Source: a virus
Lineage: Duplodnaviria; Caudoviricetes
IMG/VR virus record: IMGVR_UViG_3300032269_001670
Span: 1 to 64,000 of that record
Direction: 5' to 3' (one strand)
Length of the DNA stretch: 64,000 nt
Part shown: positions 52,336 to 63,500 of the stretch, in pieces
How the letters are laid out: every line of letters starts with the position of its first letter
Position numbering within the stretch: position 1 is the stretch's first letter
Notes under the pieces: model-generated
Databases searched by the model: none
Seen by the model: the letters and a program-made list of their open reading frames with translations, nothing else
Told to the model about the DNA's origin: nothing
Program-made: the position numbers and the translations under genes

Positions 52336-53079
52336 CTACTTACCGCAAGTCGGGCAAACGGCCGGCTTGACGGGCGCTGGTGCCACTGGGGCCGCCGGCG
52401 CTGCCGCAGGCTTAGGCGCAACCCAACCCTTTGGCGCTGAGATAATAATAACATGCGCATGCGGTGGAGCCTTGTGAGATCCACTTACGCGCTTGCTGTC
52501 GGCAATGGCCTTAAGCTGAGCTTCAGTTACCTGCACGCCAAACTCTTCAGCACCCTTACCCTCTCGGGTTGGGCATGCCCACTGCCATCCATGATCTGCG
52601 CACCAGGCTGCGCTGGTCATGTGGCCGTATCCCTCCGCAAGATGCTTGGGGTCTTTCTTGTAGCCGCCGCCACCCTTACCCCACCACTTAGCCCACTTTC
52701 GATGCCAAGCGCTGATTTCTACCTCAGGTGGAAAGCCTACTGGCTGCTGCACCCAGACGCCAAGTGCCGATCCAGCCTTGGCTGAAGCAACAACGTCTTC
52801 CCAGCTGGTAGCAAATCGAGCTTCGGCGCCAAGGACGCGAGCGGTCTTGATGAGGTCACCAAGTGACGAACCGTTATCGGAAACACCCTGCTTCTCAACC
52901 CTGCCGGTTGCCTTTGCCTTAGCGGCAACCCCGTCAGAAGCACTAAAGTCGTGACCTGGGGCGTACTGAAACACCCACGACACGGCTGCGGCCATAGAAG
53001 ACGGGCCACAATCGTCCAAGATTCCCTGTTTAATTGCCTCAGCGTCAGAATAGAGCTGGGACTTTACCTTGTATCGCAT
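52336..53079 (-). CDS. putative endolysin, peptidase C39-like
   Basis: DDCGPSS (Cys) and YGHM (His); Pro/Ala tail; position after tail genes. Confidence 0.7.
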   Translation of the reverse strand: MRYKVKSQLYSDAEAIKQGILDDCGPSSMAAAVSWVFQYAPGHDFSASDGVAAKAKATGRVEKQGVSDNGSSLGDLIKTARVLGAEARFATSWEDVVASAKAGSALGVWVQQPVGFPPEVEISAWHRKWAKWWGKGGGGYKKDPKHLAEGYGHMTSAAWCADHGWQWACPTREGKGAEEFGVQVTEAQLKAIADSKRVSGSHKAPPHAHVIIISAPKGWVAPKPAAAPAAPVAPAPVKPAVCPTCGK

Positions 53080-53137
53080 AAAATACCCCCTTTGTTATGC
53101 CCTTTCGGCTAGGAGATCATACGGCTCAAGGTGAAGA

Positions 53138-55435
53138 TTAGGCACCAGCCTCAAGTTCTGCGATACGAGTTTCAAGGGCTTGATTCTTGGAAGCAAGCTC
53201 CTTGATTGCCCCGATGAGGAAGACGGGAAGCTGAGAATACTGAACGCTCTCAATCTCCCCAGTCTCTTCGTTGTATCGGCAAATGCGCTTCATATCCTCA
53301 CTAATTGCCTCAACTTCTTCAGCAATCAATCCAGTCATTGTTCCGGTGTCTTCTGTTTTTGCGGTTTCAGGGTTCCACTTAAACGTTACTGGTCGCAGTT
53401 TAATGACGTCGCCTAACGAAATATTAAGGTTGTCAATATCTTTCTTATACCTTCTGGCGGAACTAAACCTTGCAAGTGTTCCATATGCACTTGTAGAGTT
53501 GATATAGAGGTCAGAACTTGATGAGGTTGCGGTAACATTAACACGTAAGTCATCGTTAACAACAAAATAACCTGCTGATGTGCTGTAGTAGATATTTGGT
53601 GTTGAGCCAAAATAAACACCACTTGTTGCGCCAACATAAACAGCTCCGGTAGCAGTAACACTGCTAGTGGCACTAATTGATCCGGTGACTGCCAAAGTGT
53701 CACTCATAGTAAAGTTTGCGCCGTTATGGCTAAGATTTCCAAGGTCGGTATTTGCAGAGTTTCGGAAATAAACTGTTGGGCTTACAGTCCCTCCGCGCAA
53801 ATATATGGCACCGTGATATGTGTAGAAATATCCATTAGCAATCAGTCGATCACCGGTGACGTTTGACCCTGCAGTAAATGCGCCACTCGTGTTTAGGGTT
53901 CCAGTTCCATCAGATGAGTAAAGGTTTGCACCACCAAGAAATACTGGAGTAGTTGCGGTAAGAAACCCAAGTTCTCCATCAGCCAAAACGTCAAGGCCAG
54001 AAGTTCCATATGCGTTAGCGTTGGCAGTCGCTCCAAGAGCCAAAGATCCGGCCAGCACTGCACCAGGAGAACCGGTGCTTGCGCCAGAAGATCCCGTAAG
54101 GGTTTCACCGTAAAACTGATGGATTCCACCGGCATAGTATTGAATATTCGCGTACTTCCTCCAGTAAATAGTCGTACCGGCAGAAACTGCAGTTGTGTTG
54201 TTTGGCTTTGTAATAGTAAATGTGTTTGTTGCAACAGTTTTTACTCGGGCAGTTCCAACAACCAAGTTGGTGTTTGAGCTATACGTTGAAACGTACGTGC
54301 CGACAGAGAGTCCATGTGCGTTGCTTGTTACGGTGATAGTTGTGCTTGATTTTGCTGCAGTTGCAGTTACCGGTGGTTCATTAAGACCAACCGGAAGAGC
54401 AACGATGCTGGCACCAGTTTGCGAGGGTGTTGAGTCAAGGGCAATTCGAGCATTCGTTGAGCTATCACCACCAGTGATTGACGTTGATCCACCAAGGGTC
54501 ACATTTCGGGCAAAAACAGAACCATCGGCATTTTGCGTATACGTTTTAACCACCGGAATTACAACTGGAGCATAGAGAGATGGAAGCGCTGCGCCCAATG
54601 TTCCATCAAATTCTAGGTCTTCTCCAAAACGTTGTTTGAAAGTAAACGTTGTGGTGTCAGGAACAGTAGCAACGTACCAGACACCGTCAAGTGTTTCTGC
54701 CGACCCAGCAATCTCTACGTAATTACCGACAACAAGACCATGTGCTGCGGACGTGACTACGGTAACTGTACTTAGATCTGCGGTGCCAACCGTTGCGTCA
54801 AATACGCGGGAAATGCTAGAAATTGCAATGACTTTTGCAACATACACAGTGCTTGCTGGATCATACAACAGTCCAGAGGTAATGTCTGATTTGCTGTAGG
54901 TAAGGTTATTTCCCAAAACTGTTGCCGATGCATAATCCACCGGGCCGTTTGTTGGGAGATTAAGGCCAACGCCACCAAGCAGTGCCGAGCCATTAAAATA
55001 CAGTCCGGAGACTCGGATATAATCACTAGTCACAATCCCATGTCCAGATGGAAGGGCAAGGGTAATAGTTCCGGATGAGGTAGAAACGCCGGTTGCCGCA
55101 ACGTTTCCTCCAGCAAATCCCATTTGAACTGCGGCGTGATCCTCTGGGGCCCCGGACCATTTAGTATTCCAAGAAGGAACGGTTTGCAGCAAACCAGTGC
55201 GCATCAAGCTTGCGTCAATAACGCCGGCTTTTAGGTAGCTTGCGTTAATAACGCTGCCCGTATCATGCCTAACGCTAACAACCGGCTCCGTTCCGGCAGG
55301 GACAATTTCTCCATCTGATCGACGCTCATCAGCAGCATTGAGAATGGTAATTCCCGTGCTATTCACTTGAACAGCAGAAAACGTAGAGCCGTCACCGGCA
55401 ATTGTTGGTGGTGTCTGAATATTCTCAATAGGCAT
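53138..55435 (-). CDS. tail fibre/spike with C-terminal intramolecular chaperone (peptidase S74-like)
   Basis: SSARRYKKDI...LRPVTFKW...GLIAEEV...VQYSQL...AIKEL plus coiled coil. Confidence 0.85.
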   Translation of the reverse strand: MPIENIQTPPTIAGDGSTFSAVQVNSTGITILNAADERRSDGEIVPAGTEPVVSVRHDTGSVINASYLKAGVIDASLMRTGLLQTVPSWNTKWSGAPEDHAAVQMGFAGGNVAATGVSTSSGTITLALPSGHGIVTSDYIRVSGLYFNGSALLGGVGLNLPTNGPVDYASATVLGNNLTYSKSDITSGLLYDPASTVYVAKVIAISSISRVFDATVGTADLSTVTVVTSAAHGLVVGNYVEIAGSAETLDGVWYVATVPDTTTFTFKQRFGEDLEFDGTLGAALPSLYAPVVIPVVKTYTQNADGSVFARNVTLGGSTSITGGDSSTNARIALDSTPSQTGASIVALPVGLNEPPVTATAAKSSTTITVTSNAHGLSVGTYVSTYSSNTNLVVGTARVKTVATNTFTITKPNNTTAVSAGTTIYWRKYANIQYYAGGIHQFYGETLTGSSGASTGSPGAVLAGSLALGATANANAYGTSGLDVLADGELGFLTATTPVFLGGANLYSSDGTGTLNTSGAFTAGSNVTGDRLIANGYFYTYHGAIYLRGGTVSPTVYFRNSANTDLGNLSHNGANFTMSDTLAVTGSISATSSVTATGAVYVGATSGVYFGSTPNIYYSTSAGYFVVNDDLRVNVTATSSSSDLYINSTSAYGTLARFSSARRYKKDIDNLNISLGDVIKLRPVTFKWNPETAKTEDTGTMTGLIAEEVEAISEDMKRICRYNEETGEIESVQYSQLPVFLIGAIKELASKNQALETRIAELEAGA

Positions 55436-58400
55436 CAGGTTGTCTCCAGTGAAGCATCATTAATGGAGGTTCCACCATCAGATGCCAACGATAGGTCTCT
55501 TGTAATATATAGCCACGCATCGTCGCCAATGCTGCTCAAGGCAGACTGTGGAATATATGACCAGTCGCCATACAGCTTACCACCGTCTGTGGTTTCCGCA
55601 ACAGCACGAATTCTATATTGATAGCGATGAGTATAATCACTGCTTGTATCGGTGTAAGTTGAACCGCCAAATGTCACAGTACCAAGGCTGCCCCACTTGT
55701 TTTGCGCCTGTCCGGCCTTTACTGTCTCATACCAACTGACGGTAAACTTAGTGGAAATTGTTGACTTTGCAGCACTATATGCGGCGATTTCGGCATTTTC
55801 TGGGGCGTACATATTAAAGTACACAATTTGCCCGTTTCTGCTCACATGATCAACCGTCCAGTAGCCATTAAAAGACGGGTTACTTAGCAGGTTTTTCTTT
55901 GCCGGATTGACCCAACCAGCAATTTGGATAATGTCCCCAGCAGAGATATTAGTGGACTGATTGAAATATACATAGCAGCTGGACACCCCGCCAGCAACCG
56001 CAGAACCGCGATAAATTGCCCTTCCGCTTTTTCGAAGCGCAGCCTGCCCAAGAACATTTTTCTTGAGCTCCTGTGATCGTCGTTCAATCTCAAAACGCTT
56101 TACCAACTTGTTCCTAGGATTATTTTGATCAAACGTCCAGTTGATGACCGCAGCAAGATCTACCGTTGTTGCCTTTCCGTCCTGATCCTTACTATTGACC
56201 ACGATATTTGACACCCGTGTTGGTCGGGTCAGCGCAAGTTGTCCTGGGCCAAGGTTTACAGTAAGCTGCTCTCGTTGCACCAACACGATTGCGTTGCTTT
56301 CAAGGGCCGGCTCACCAGAAAGCTGCACAGAATAGTATGCTTCTCCACCGATAAACTTTGTTGTTTGAGATTTTACAACCACTGGCTCAACAACATCAAC
56401 CTCTGTCCAAAAGAATGGGATCACTGAACCAACAGTTAGGCGACCATCTGATGCTGCAGTCGGGTGATCAATCTCATACGATTCAATTGTTTTGCCCGAA
56501 TCGGCAAAAATTGCCTGCGCAGCTAGGGAGGCATCTTCTGGGGTCTCAATTTCTTTGTTAACAGTGGCCGATTCAATGATCTTTCCGTGGGTATTCCAAA
56601 CGCCCTGAACGTGGTCAAAGGTATATCGCAATACCTGACCTGTAACTACGTTTGCAGTAGTCAAATCTCCGGTTGGGTTTATTGCAAAGGGTTTTGCATA
56701 AATATAGACACGGTTTGCAGTACTACCATGCTGCGAGATATTTTGCGGAGTTTCAAATGTTTTCATTGGAATGACTGCATTTAGCGCTGGGTCAAATAGC
56801 ATTTCGACCGTTCCGCCATGCCTAATGCCGTAATCGGCAAAACCAAACTCGCCATCAAGAAGCACAGCTTTTGGATCGGCAAAATATGCAGCGTAGGATT
56901 GACTATGGGTCTCATGATCAAAGTACACTGCACCATACGCAATCTGTGCGTCTGTGGCCTTTACAACGCCCCACACTTTTTCCCAAACATCTGCCTGCGT
57001 TGGGGTACCACCGATGTCGTCCGCAGTGTGCTCGCTACCGTTAGACTTATACCACTGGATTTTTACATGTGTTTTTGTTGGATATCCACTTTTTACCATG
57101 GCGGAGACAAAGAAAACTTGTCCAGTGGTTACTGGGAACTTCTTTGATACCACATGAGCTCCCGTCGTTGCGCTGCAGACTGCCGCATACCCGTATCCGT
57201 ATGGCCCACCGGTTCGTGCAGTTGTTGTCCACGGGCTTTCAAACGTCCAGTCGCGCAAACTTGCATTACCAAACTCGTCTTCTAGCACAGGATTTTCTAC
57301 AAGGTTCTTAACGTCGCGTTTTACGTAGTGGAGATATTTGTTTGCATCCACCCAATATTGGCAACCAGTTTTTTTTGAGATGTAATCCATTGCTTGGCGA
57401 AGTGTCATGCCATTAAATGGCTCTTTGACTTTGCTCACCTCTGATCGTCCTGGGTTATCAGAAAGAAGCTTATAAGTAGACGCTGTTGAAAGAAGCGATC
57501 CAGCAATGGCAAAATAATGAGCCATCCAGGCAATAAACCAATTTCTTTCTTCGACAGGAAGCACTCGGTCAATAACAATAATGTCGCCAATCCAGCCATC
57601 GTAAAACCTTGAGGCAGCAGTAGAGCTATCCCATCCGTATCCAACAGTAAAGCTTGCTGCCGGCCCACCAATGGCATTCGTGGTACCGCTGTAGTTTGTC
57701 GCATTTGTAACGTACGGTGTTCCATCGTTTTTGCAAATTGTCAGGTTGTTTGTTCCTGTTGATGAATCAAGAGATATGTAGATAATAGAAGGAACATTCA
57801 CGGTCAGTGTGAGCCCAGTATTATAGTAAGTACCGTACACCGTGCTAAAAACAACGTTTCCGCTTGAGTTAATCAAAAGCTCTCGGCGCTGCCCTGCATC
57901 CCGCGATCCATGGTGCCAGATAGTTTTATAGCCAGATGCAGGAAAAGAAGTTGGCTGAACAACCGTAATAGCGCTAAATGATTTTGACAACGAAGCAAAG
58001 CCGGTATCCATAACGTCTGCGTAGCCGGTATCGGAAGTTTTTGTATAGTTAGCAGTTGTAAGGGCATAGGTAAAGCTTGTTGAGTCTGGAACAGTATCAA
58101 TCTCATAATAGCCATTGACTGCTGTTTTAGTTACTGCGCGGACATTGACAACTTGGCCCTCGCGGAATCGATGCGGGGCCTTTGTATAAATGGTAACAAC
58201 ATTGGATGCGACTTGAACATAGGCAATCTCGGTGCTGAACCGCGAGGAGAGTCCCTGGTAGCCGGTGGAAGTAAATTTAATTGCCTGCCTACCTCCAATG
58301 TAAGTCAGGGAATCTTCTGGGGCAGTAATGAAAGATGCACTTGGCACAGCTGCTCCTCCGCGTCCAGTGCTTGTTGTCCACGGGTAATTAAATTGCATAA

Positions 58401-60516
58401 GCGCAGCAGTCGCAGCAAACTCACCTGGCGCAGCGTCGGCAGCCGATCTGGTATCGGAAAATTTAATCCAGGCAACGCCACCAGAATTGTATGTTACCGA
58501 TGAAGCAAGTCGCGCGCTTTTACTTGTAATGCTGTTAATGTAGTTTGTTGACGAACCAGTATTTGACCCGCTGTTGGTAAAGAAAATGAGATTGCCCTTA
58601 ACCCTTTTAATTGTTTGCGATCCGTTAAGGCCAGAGGCGGCACCAGTTAGCCCGGAAATAGTAATTGCAGAACCAACTTCAAATGGGTGGCCAGAGCTTT
58701 TCCCAGATTTTGGCGCATACGGGGATACGTTTGCAGCAATTCCAATGACACCAGTATTTTTATAGCGACCATATCGGTATACGCGCCACGGATTTGTTGA
58801 GTAGGCATCTGAAACTGCCCCAGAAACAGCAGAAATGACGGCCCTACAAGCAAAATCTGCTAACCCCTCAACAACGATTACTTCGTTTTGATTAAACCAT
58901 TGCGTTGTTGAATTATACCAAATCTGCGTGACGTTATCTTGACGACGAGCTGCAACAATTCGGAAGCGCTTGCTGTCCGCGTACAAGTTTTGAACTTTAT
59001 CTTGAGCAAGTTGAATATACGTAGCATAAACGTAGGCACTTGCAAAATTTGTTCCATTCATCGTGCTGGAGTTCTTAACTTTAAATGTTGTTGGGGTTGC
59101 CTCCTCAACAACGGAAGCAGCAATGTTTAGAGATCCAACGCCACCGCTTTCTGTGATCCCACTGATGCCAATCACATCACCAACAACCAATGTGTTTGCG
59201 CAGGTATATGTGACATATGCACCGTCGGTGCTGGATGCCGTAATAGGAAACTTCTTCACTGTCATGCCGGGATCGGTTGCGGAGGTAAATCGGATGACTG
59301 TCGAGCTTTGTCGGTCGCATCGGAATGTCTGAGTGAATGACGTCTTTCCTGAGTCCATAAGCATGTTTTGAACATTGACATACTCTCCGGTTACCAAAGA
59401 GTGGTTTCCAAGTGTTGTGAATTCAACGTAATTATCTGTTGTGTTGTAGGAGCCAATAGAAGAAATTACATACCGCTCGTTAAGTGCACTTGTCAGGGCA
59501 ACGCATCGCATGTCTGTTGTGATGTCTGCGGCGACCGGATCAAGAGAAAACCTATTGGAGCTAGTTTTATACTCGGACAATGGCATCCAAAGCTTTGCCC
59601 CAAGGGCGGCCGGGTAGGCCGGGTCTGGGAGGTAGGAAACAGGGCTAAATCGCGTATCATTGAGCTCTTCCTGGACATAGCTACCATTGTAAGTAATCCC
59701 AAGGCTCACGGAATTTCCGCTATACGGGTCAGTAGTTCGAACGTCGCTAAAAAGCGAAGCAGTACTTGGCGTTGCCCTTCCGGATGTTTCGCTACTCGCG
59801 GTATACGGAGCAGTTCCAGAGGCTGTCGCCTTAATCGAAACCTCAGAAAGAATCGAAGAGACAGTCCACGTCCCGTTATAATTTGTTGTTCGGTCGACAA
59901 TGAAGGATTGACCAACAATCATGTCGTGGGCATCTTCCAGCGAAACAGTAATTTCTCTAGTCGAACCAGACCCGCCATCGTTAAGCTTCAAGATCTTTAG
60001 GCCGTTTTTTGCCTTGTCAGTGACCGCTCCACCCTTAATAATCTGATAGTCTTTTACATCATACGGAGCTTTGTATCGGTCAATGACTACCTCGTCAAGT
60101 AGTGCTGTATAGTCCTGGCAAGTAATCTTTGTGGTAATGGCACCGCCACTGCGTTCCCGGGCAACCTGCGTAATAATGCCACCAAAAATTAACGTGCCAC
60201 TTTCATAGATTTGCACTTCAGACCGTGCGGGGATCTCAAAATCAAACGTTGGGTCAGCTAGAGCGGCGGTTGCTTTGGCGATATTTGTGGCCCCGGTATA
60301 CGATGACCATCGGGTATTAGAGATTGGGAACATTGTGTAAATGGAAAAATTTGCGGTCGCCTGCGAGCCATCAGAGCTTTGGGTAAATGTGAACGACTCG
60401 CTCCCGCCATCCAGGAACATGACTCGATTTGTTACGTCAACAAAATCTGACAGCGTTGGATAGTCAAGAAGCTTAGGCTGAATTTTGACTGTAATTGTCC
60501 CAGTAACTTGGGCCAT
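55435..60516 (-). CDS. large minor tail/baseplate protein with repeated beta modules, a LamG-like region and a carbohydrate-binding-like region
   Basis: 1693 aa; follows the tape measure gene; H-x2-3-G...NG.Y.(V/I) repeats; FYDGWIGDIIVIDRVL. Confidence 0.75.
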   Translation of the reverse strand: MAQVTGTITVKIQPKLLDYPTLSDFVDVTNRVMFLDGGSESFTFTQSSDGSQATANFSIYTMFPISNTRWSSYTGATNIAKATAALADPTFDFEIPARSEVQIYESGTLIFGGIITQVARERSGGAITTKITCQDYTALLDEVVIDRYKAPYDVKDYQIIKGGAVTDKAKNGLKILKLNDGGSGSTREITVSLEDAHDMIVGQSFIVDRTTNYNGTWTVSSILSEVSIKATASGTAPYTASSETSGRATPSTASLFSDVRTTDPYSGNSVSLGITYNGSYVQEELNDTRFSPVSYLPDPAYPAALGAKLWMPLSEYKTSSNRFSLDPVAADITTDMRCVALTSALNERYVISSIGSYNTTDNYVEFTTLGNHSLVTGEYVNVQNMLMDSGKTSFTQTFRCDRQSSTVIRFTSATDPGMTVKKFPITASSTDGAYVTYTCANTLVVGDVIGISGITESGGVGSLNIAASVVEEATPTTFKVKNSSTMNGTNFASAYVYATYIQLAQDKVQNLYADSKRFRIVAARRQDNVTQIWYNSTTQWFNQNEVIVVEGLADFACRAVISAVSGAVSDAYSTNPWRVYRYGRYKNTGVIGIAANVSPYAPKSGKSSGHPFEVGSAITISGLTGAASGLNGSQTIKRVKGNLIFFTNSGSNTGSSTNYINSITSKSARLASSVTYNSGGVAWIKFSDTRSAADAAPGEFAATAALMQFNYPWTTSTGRGGAAVPSASFITAPEDSLTYIGGRQAIKFTSTGYQGLSSRFSTEIAYVQVASNVVTIYTKAPHRFREGQVVNVRAVTKTAVNGYYEIDTVPDSTSFTYALTTANYTKTSDTGYADVMDTGFASLSKSFSAITVVQPTSFPASGYKTIWHHGSRDAGQRRELLINSSGNVVFSTVYGTYYNTGLTLTVNVPSIIYISLDSSTGTNNLTICKNDGTPYVTNATNYSGTTNAIGGPAASFTVGYGWDSSTAASRFYDGWIGDIIVIDRVLPVEERNWFIAWMAHYFAIAGSLLSTASTYKLLSDNPGRSEVSKVKEPFNGMTLRQAMDYISKKTGCQYWVDANKYLHYVKRDVKNLVENPVLEDEFGNASLRDWTFESPWTTTARTGGPYGYGYAAVCSATTGAHVVSKKFPVTTGQVFFVSAMVKSGYPTKTHVKIQWYKSNGSEHTADDIGGTPTQADVWEKVWGVVKATDAQIAYGAVYFDHETHSQSYAAYFADPKAVLLDGEFGFADYGIRHGGTVEMLFDPALNAVIPMKTFETPQNISQHGSTANRVYIYAKPFAINPTGDLTTANVVTGQVLRYTFDHVQGVWNTHGKIIESATVNKEIETPEDASLAAQAIFADSGKTIESYEIDHPTAASDGRLTVGSVIPFFWTEVDVVEPVVVKSQTTKFIGGEAYYSVQLSGEPALESNAIVLVQREQLTVNLGPGQLALTRPTRVSNIVVNSKDQDGKATTVDLAAVINWTFDQNNPRNKLVKRFEIERRSQELKKNVLGQAALRKSGRAIYRGSAVAGGVSSCYVYFNQSTNISAGDIIQIAGWVNPAKKNLLSNPSFNGYWTVDHVSRNGQIVYFNMYAPENAEIAAYSAAKSTISTKFTVSWYETVKAGQAQNKWGSLGTVTFGGSTYTDTSSDYTHRYQYRIRAVAETTDGGKLYGDWSYIPQSALSSIGDDAWLYITRDLSLASDGGTSINDASLETT

Positions 60517-60519
60517 AAA

Positions 60520-63500
60520 TTACCTCTTTACGTATCCGGTTGAGCGGAGCGCTCGAGCCTGTGCCGCCGCCACCCTCTCAGCCAATCGATCAATATCTGC
60601 AGCAGAGTTGAGCTGCGGATTATGGATGTTCACTGTACCACTAATTGGTGATCGAGATGGGTGTGCATGCACGTTCGGTGGGGTCATAGATCGTGGGCCA
60701 CCAGTGAGGAGGTCCATAAGGAATCCAGGAGCAGACATTTCTGCCATTGTGCCGCCAATAGTTGCCCCAGTAATTCCCATAGTTTTTAAGAAATCTTTTG
60801 ACAAATAATTACTAAATCCGTTGTTATCTAATGCTTTCAGGCCCCAATTTTGTAAGAAAGTAAGTTTTGACGCCATTTGCACAAACTTACCTGGCTCATA
60901 ACCTGGTTGCCCAAGATTTTCCCATGATTGACCAAGTTTATATGACCATGATCCTTCCTTCATGCCATTTTCTACGTATCGCTCAAGTAGACCTCCCGCT
61001 TTTCCCGCAAGAGCCCCCAATGGTGCTCCGGCGCGCATCAAAAGCATCCCAAGAGCAGACTTCCAGTCTCCGCCCATTTGCCCATTTCTGCCAAAACGCG
61101 CTACGGTCTTTTGCCAATCTTGCATATTGTTTAGGTTATGCATTCCGGAATCACCCGACCCAGTGCCAAAGGCATACCCACCCAGGCCCATATTGACAGC
61201 GCCAAGAGCTCCCGCAGACGAGCGCAACCAGGACGGAAGCTTGTGGTTCGGGACGACACGAATACCGTTTTGCCCAACTTCGATCATCTCCGGTCCGCGT
61301 TCGCCAACCATGAACTGGCCGGCGCTGGAAATCATGCCGCCAGCTGCGCCTCCAGGAAGGATATACGATGGCAGGAATAACTGCGCATTTGCCTGACCAA
61401 GACTCGTTGGGCCACCAGTTCCGCCGCCATAAAGGGCGTTAGTGAGCGCCTCAATCAGGGATTGGTTGTTTGGCAGCAAGATGCCCTGCAGTGCCGTTCG
61501 GAAAGCGGAATCTTGACTCTTTACTTCAGATGCAAAGATCTCTGCGGTATCAGAGATATTGGCCATTTGATTGTTCAAACCAGTAATTGTCTTGACAAGC
61601 AGCGCCCGGATCTCGTCTTGCTTGTCTTGAGCAATATTTTTTCCTCCTCCGGTAGTAAAGTATCCTGGATCAACCTTTCCATTGGCGTACTTTTTGCCAA
61701 GGGCGGCAAGAACGCGCTGGACTGATTTCTTTTGATCAGCAAGATATTTTTCCTTGTACGTCTTTCCGGTAACCTTGGTCTGGCCTCCAGTGTTAAAGAT
61801 GTCAAGGGCATCTTGCGCGGCCTTGTAAAGCTTGTCCTGTCGAGCGGCCTCGGCCGCTTTGGCAATTAACCCAGGAAGAGCTTTGAAGACCTTGGTTACG
61901 CTATTCTGCATGGCCTTCATAAAGCCATCGCCAAAGGACGACATAAACGAGTACCCCTGGCTTTGCGCAACGTCAAGATCAAGGCCGGCAGATGCAAAGA
62001 TGTCTTTAAACTTCTGCTTGGCAGCAGCCGTTCCAATCCTTCCTTCTTGAATTTGCTTCATCAAATCGTCCATCTGCTCTTGGATGGATCGAGCCCGTTC
62101 TGCCTGATCCTTTTGTAGGGCCTTTGCCTTGTCTTCGTAGTAGGTCGTTGTTTCCGTATAAGAAACACTACCCTTGCCGGCTTCAATCGCCTTGGACATT
62201 TGATCCAACTTATTTGTGCCCATCTGGTTGAATAGGTCTCGAGCAGCTTCTCGAGCCTTGCGGGCGCGCTCCAACGGGGCAACAGATGCATCAAAGACAT
62301 CAAGAGCAGCCTCAGCCGCAGCAGTACGCTGCTTCTCCAGCTCTGCCATCTTGTCCATCTCTTCGCGCTGCTGCTTCATGGCACCGTACTGCTCCTCAAG
62401 GACGCCAAGCCGAACCATTTCGCCGTTATACATAACCATAGTGTTCTCAAGGGCATGTGCCTTTTCATCCTCAAGCGCCTTCTTTTCGGCATCAAACATC
62501 TCTTGGATAATTTCCTGAGTTCGTGACGTAAGTCGAGCAAGGTCAGTTTGGAATGGCTCTAACGCTTTCTGGTAAGCGTCCTGAGCTTCTTTTAGCGCTG
62601 CGCCAGTGGCGTCTAGGTTGTCGGAAAGCACCTTTGCAATGGCGTCCTGAGCCTCCTTGCTTCCGCCAGCAAGGTCCTTAAACATGGCTTTAACTTGATC
62701 AACCGTTTTTCCTGTTGCCTTGGCAATTTGCTCAAAGCTGGCCCCCTCAAGGAACATCTTCCCAGCAAGCTTATCGGGGCTTTGAAGAATAAGCGCCTGA
62801 GCATTTTGACGAAGAAGATCTTCCGGGCTGACTTTATCAAGATATTCTTTTTGCCAAGCAGCAAGCTTTTTGACCCACTCATCAAGCTGGTCTTTTATTT
62901 CGCCTTCATTTGGCTGGTAGGCAAGTGCCTGCTCGGGGCTATAGCCATTCTCTATAAGGGTTTTATACAGGGTACTTCCCACTTGCACCTTGCCCGCCGT
63001 GGGCTTTTCTGGTGGAGCAGGAAGGTTGGTCGGAATATTCGGGAAAAGCTTTTGATATTCAGTTTTTCCATAGTAGTCAAGAAGTGTCTGCTGCGACGAG
63101 TATGCGCCTTGATAGTCAGCTGCTGCTTTTCGTTGCTCATCAGTTACTTGTTGATCCATCCACCATCCGACCAAAGCAGAAATTGCTATAAGAACACCAG
63201 CAATGGCGAGACCCATTGTTCCAAAAGCAACTTTAAGAGCATTTCCTGCCATGGCAAGACCGGAAATTCCAAAACCAACCTGTGTCAAACCATCGCCAAT
63301 TGCTGTAAGGGTTTTGCTGTTAAGTGCTGAGCCCATCAGACTTGTAAACATGCCAATTCCCATCATGGCAGTACCAACCATCTGCGCCCTTGCGGCAATA
63401 GCCTTTATGACTGTTTTCAAACTTTCAAGGCTAAGCCCAGTGGTCTTAAGTTTCATCACAAATTGGCCAAGTTGCGCAATTGAGCTCTGATTGGCTTCTT

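Noticed and set aside
43677-60516. Diversity-generating retroelement or invertible tail-fibre switch
   Set aside because: No reverse transcriptase, invertase, adenine-specific TR/VR pair or flanking inverted repeats seen in the window.
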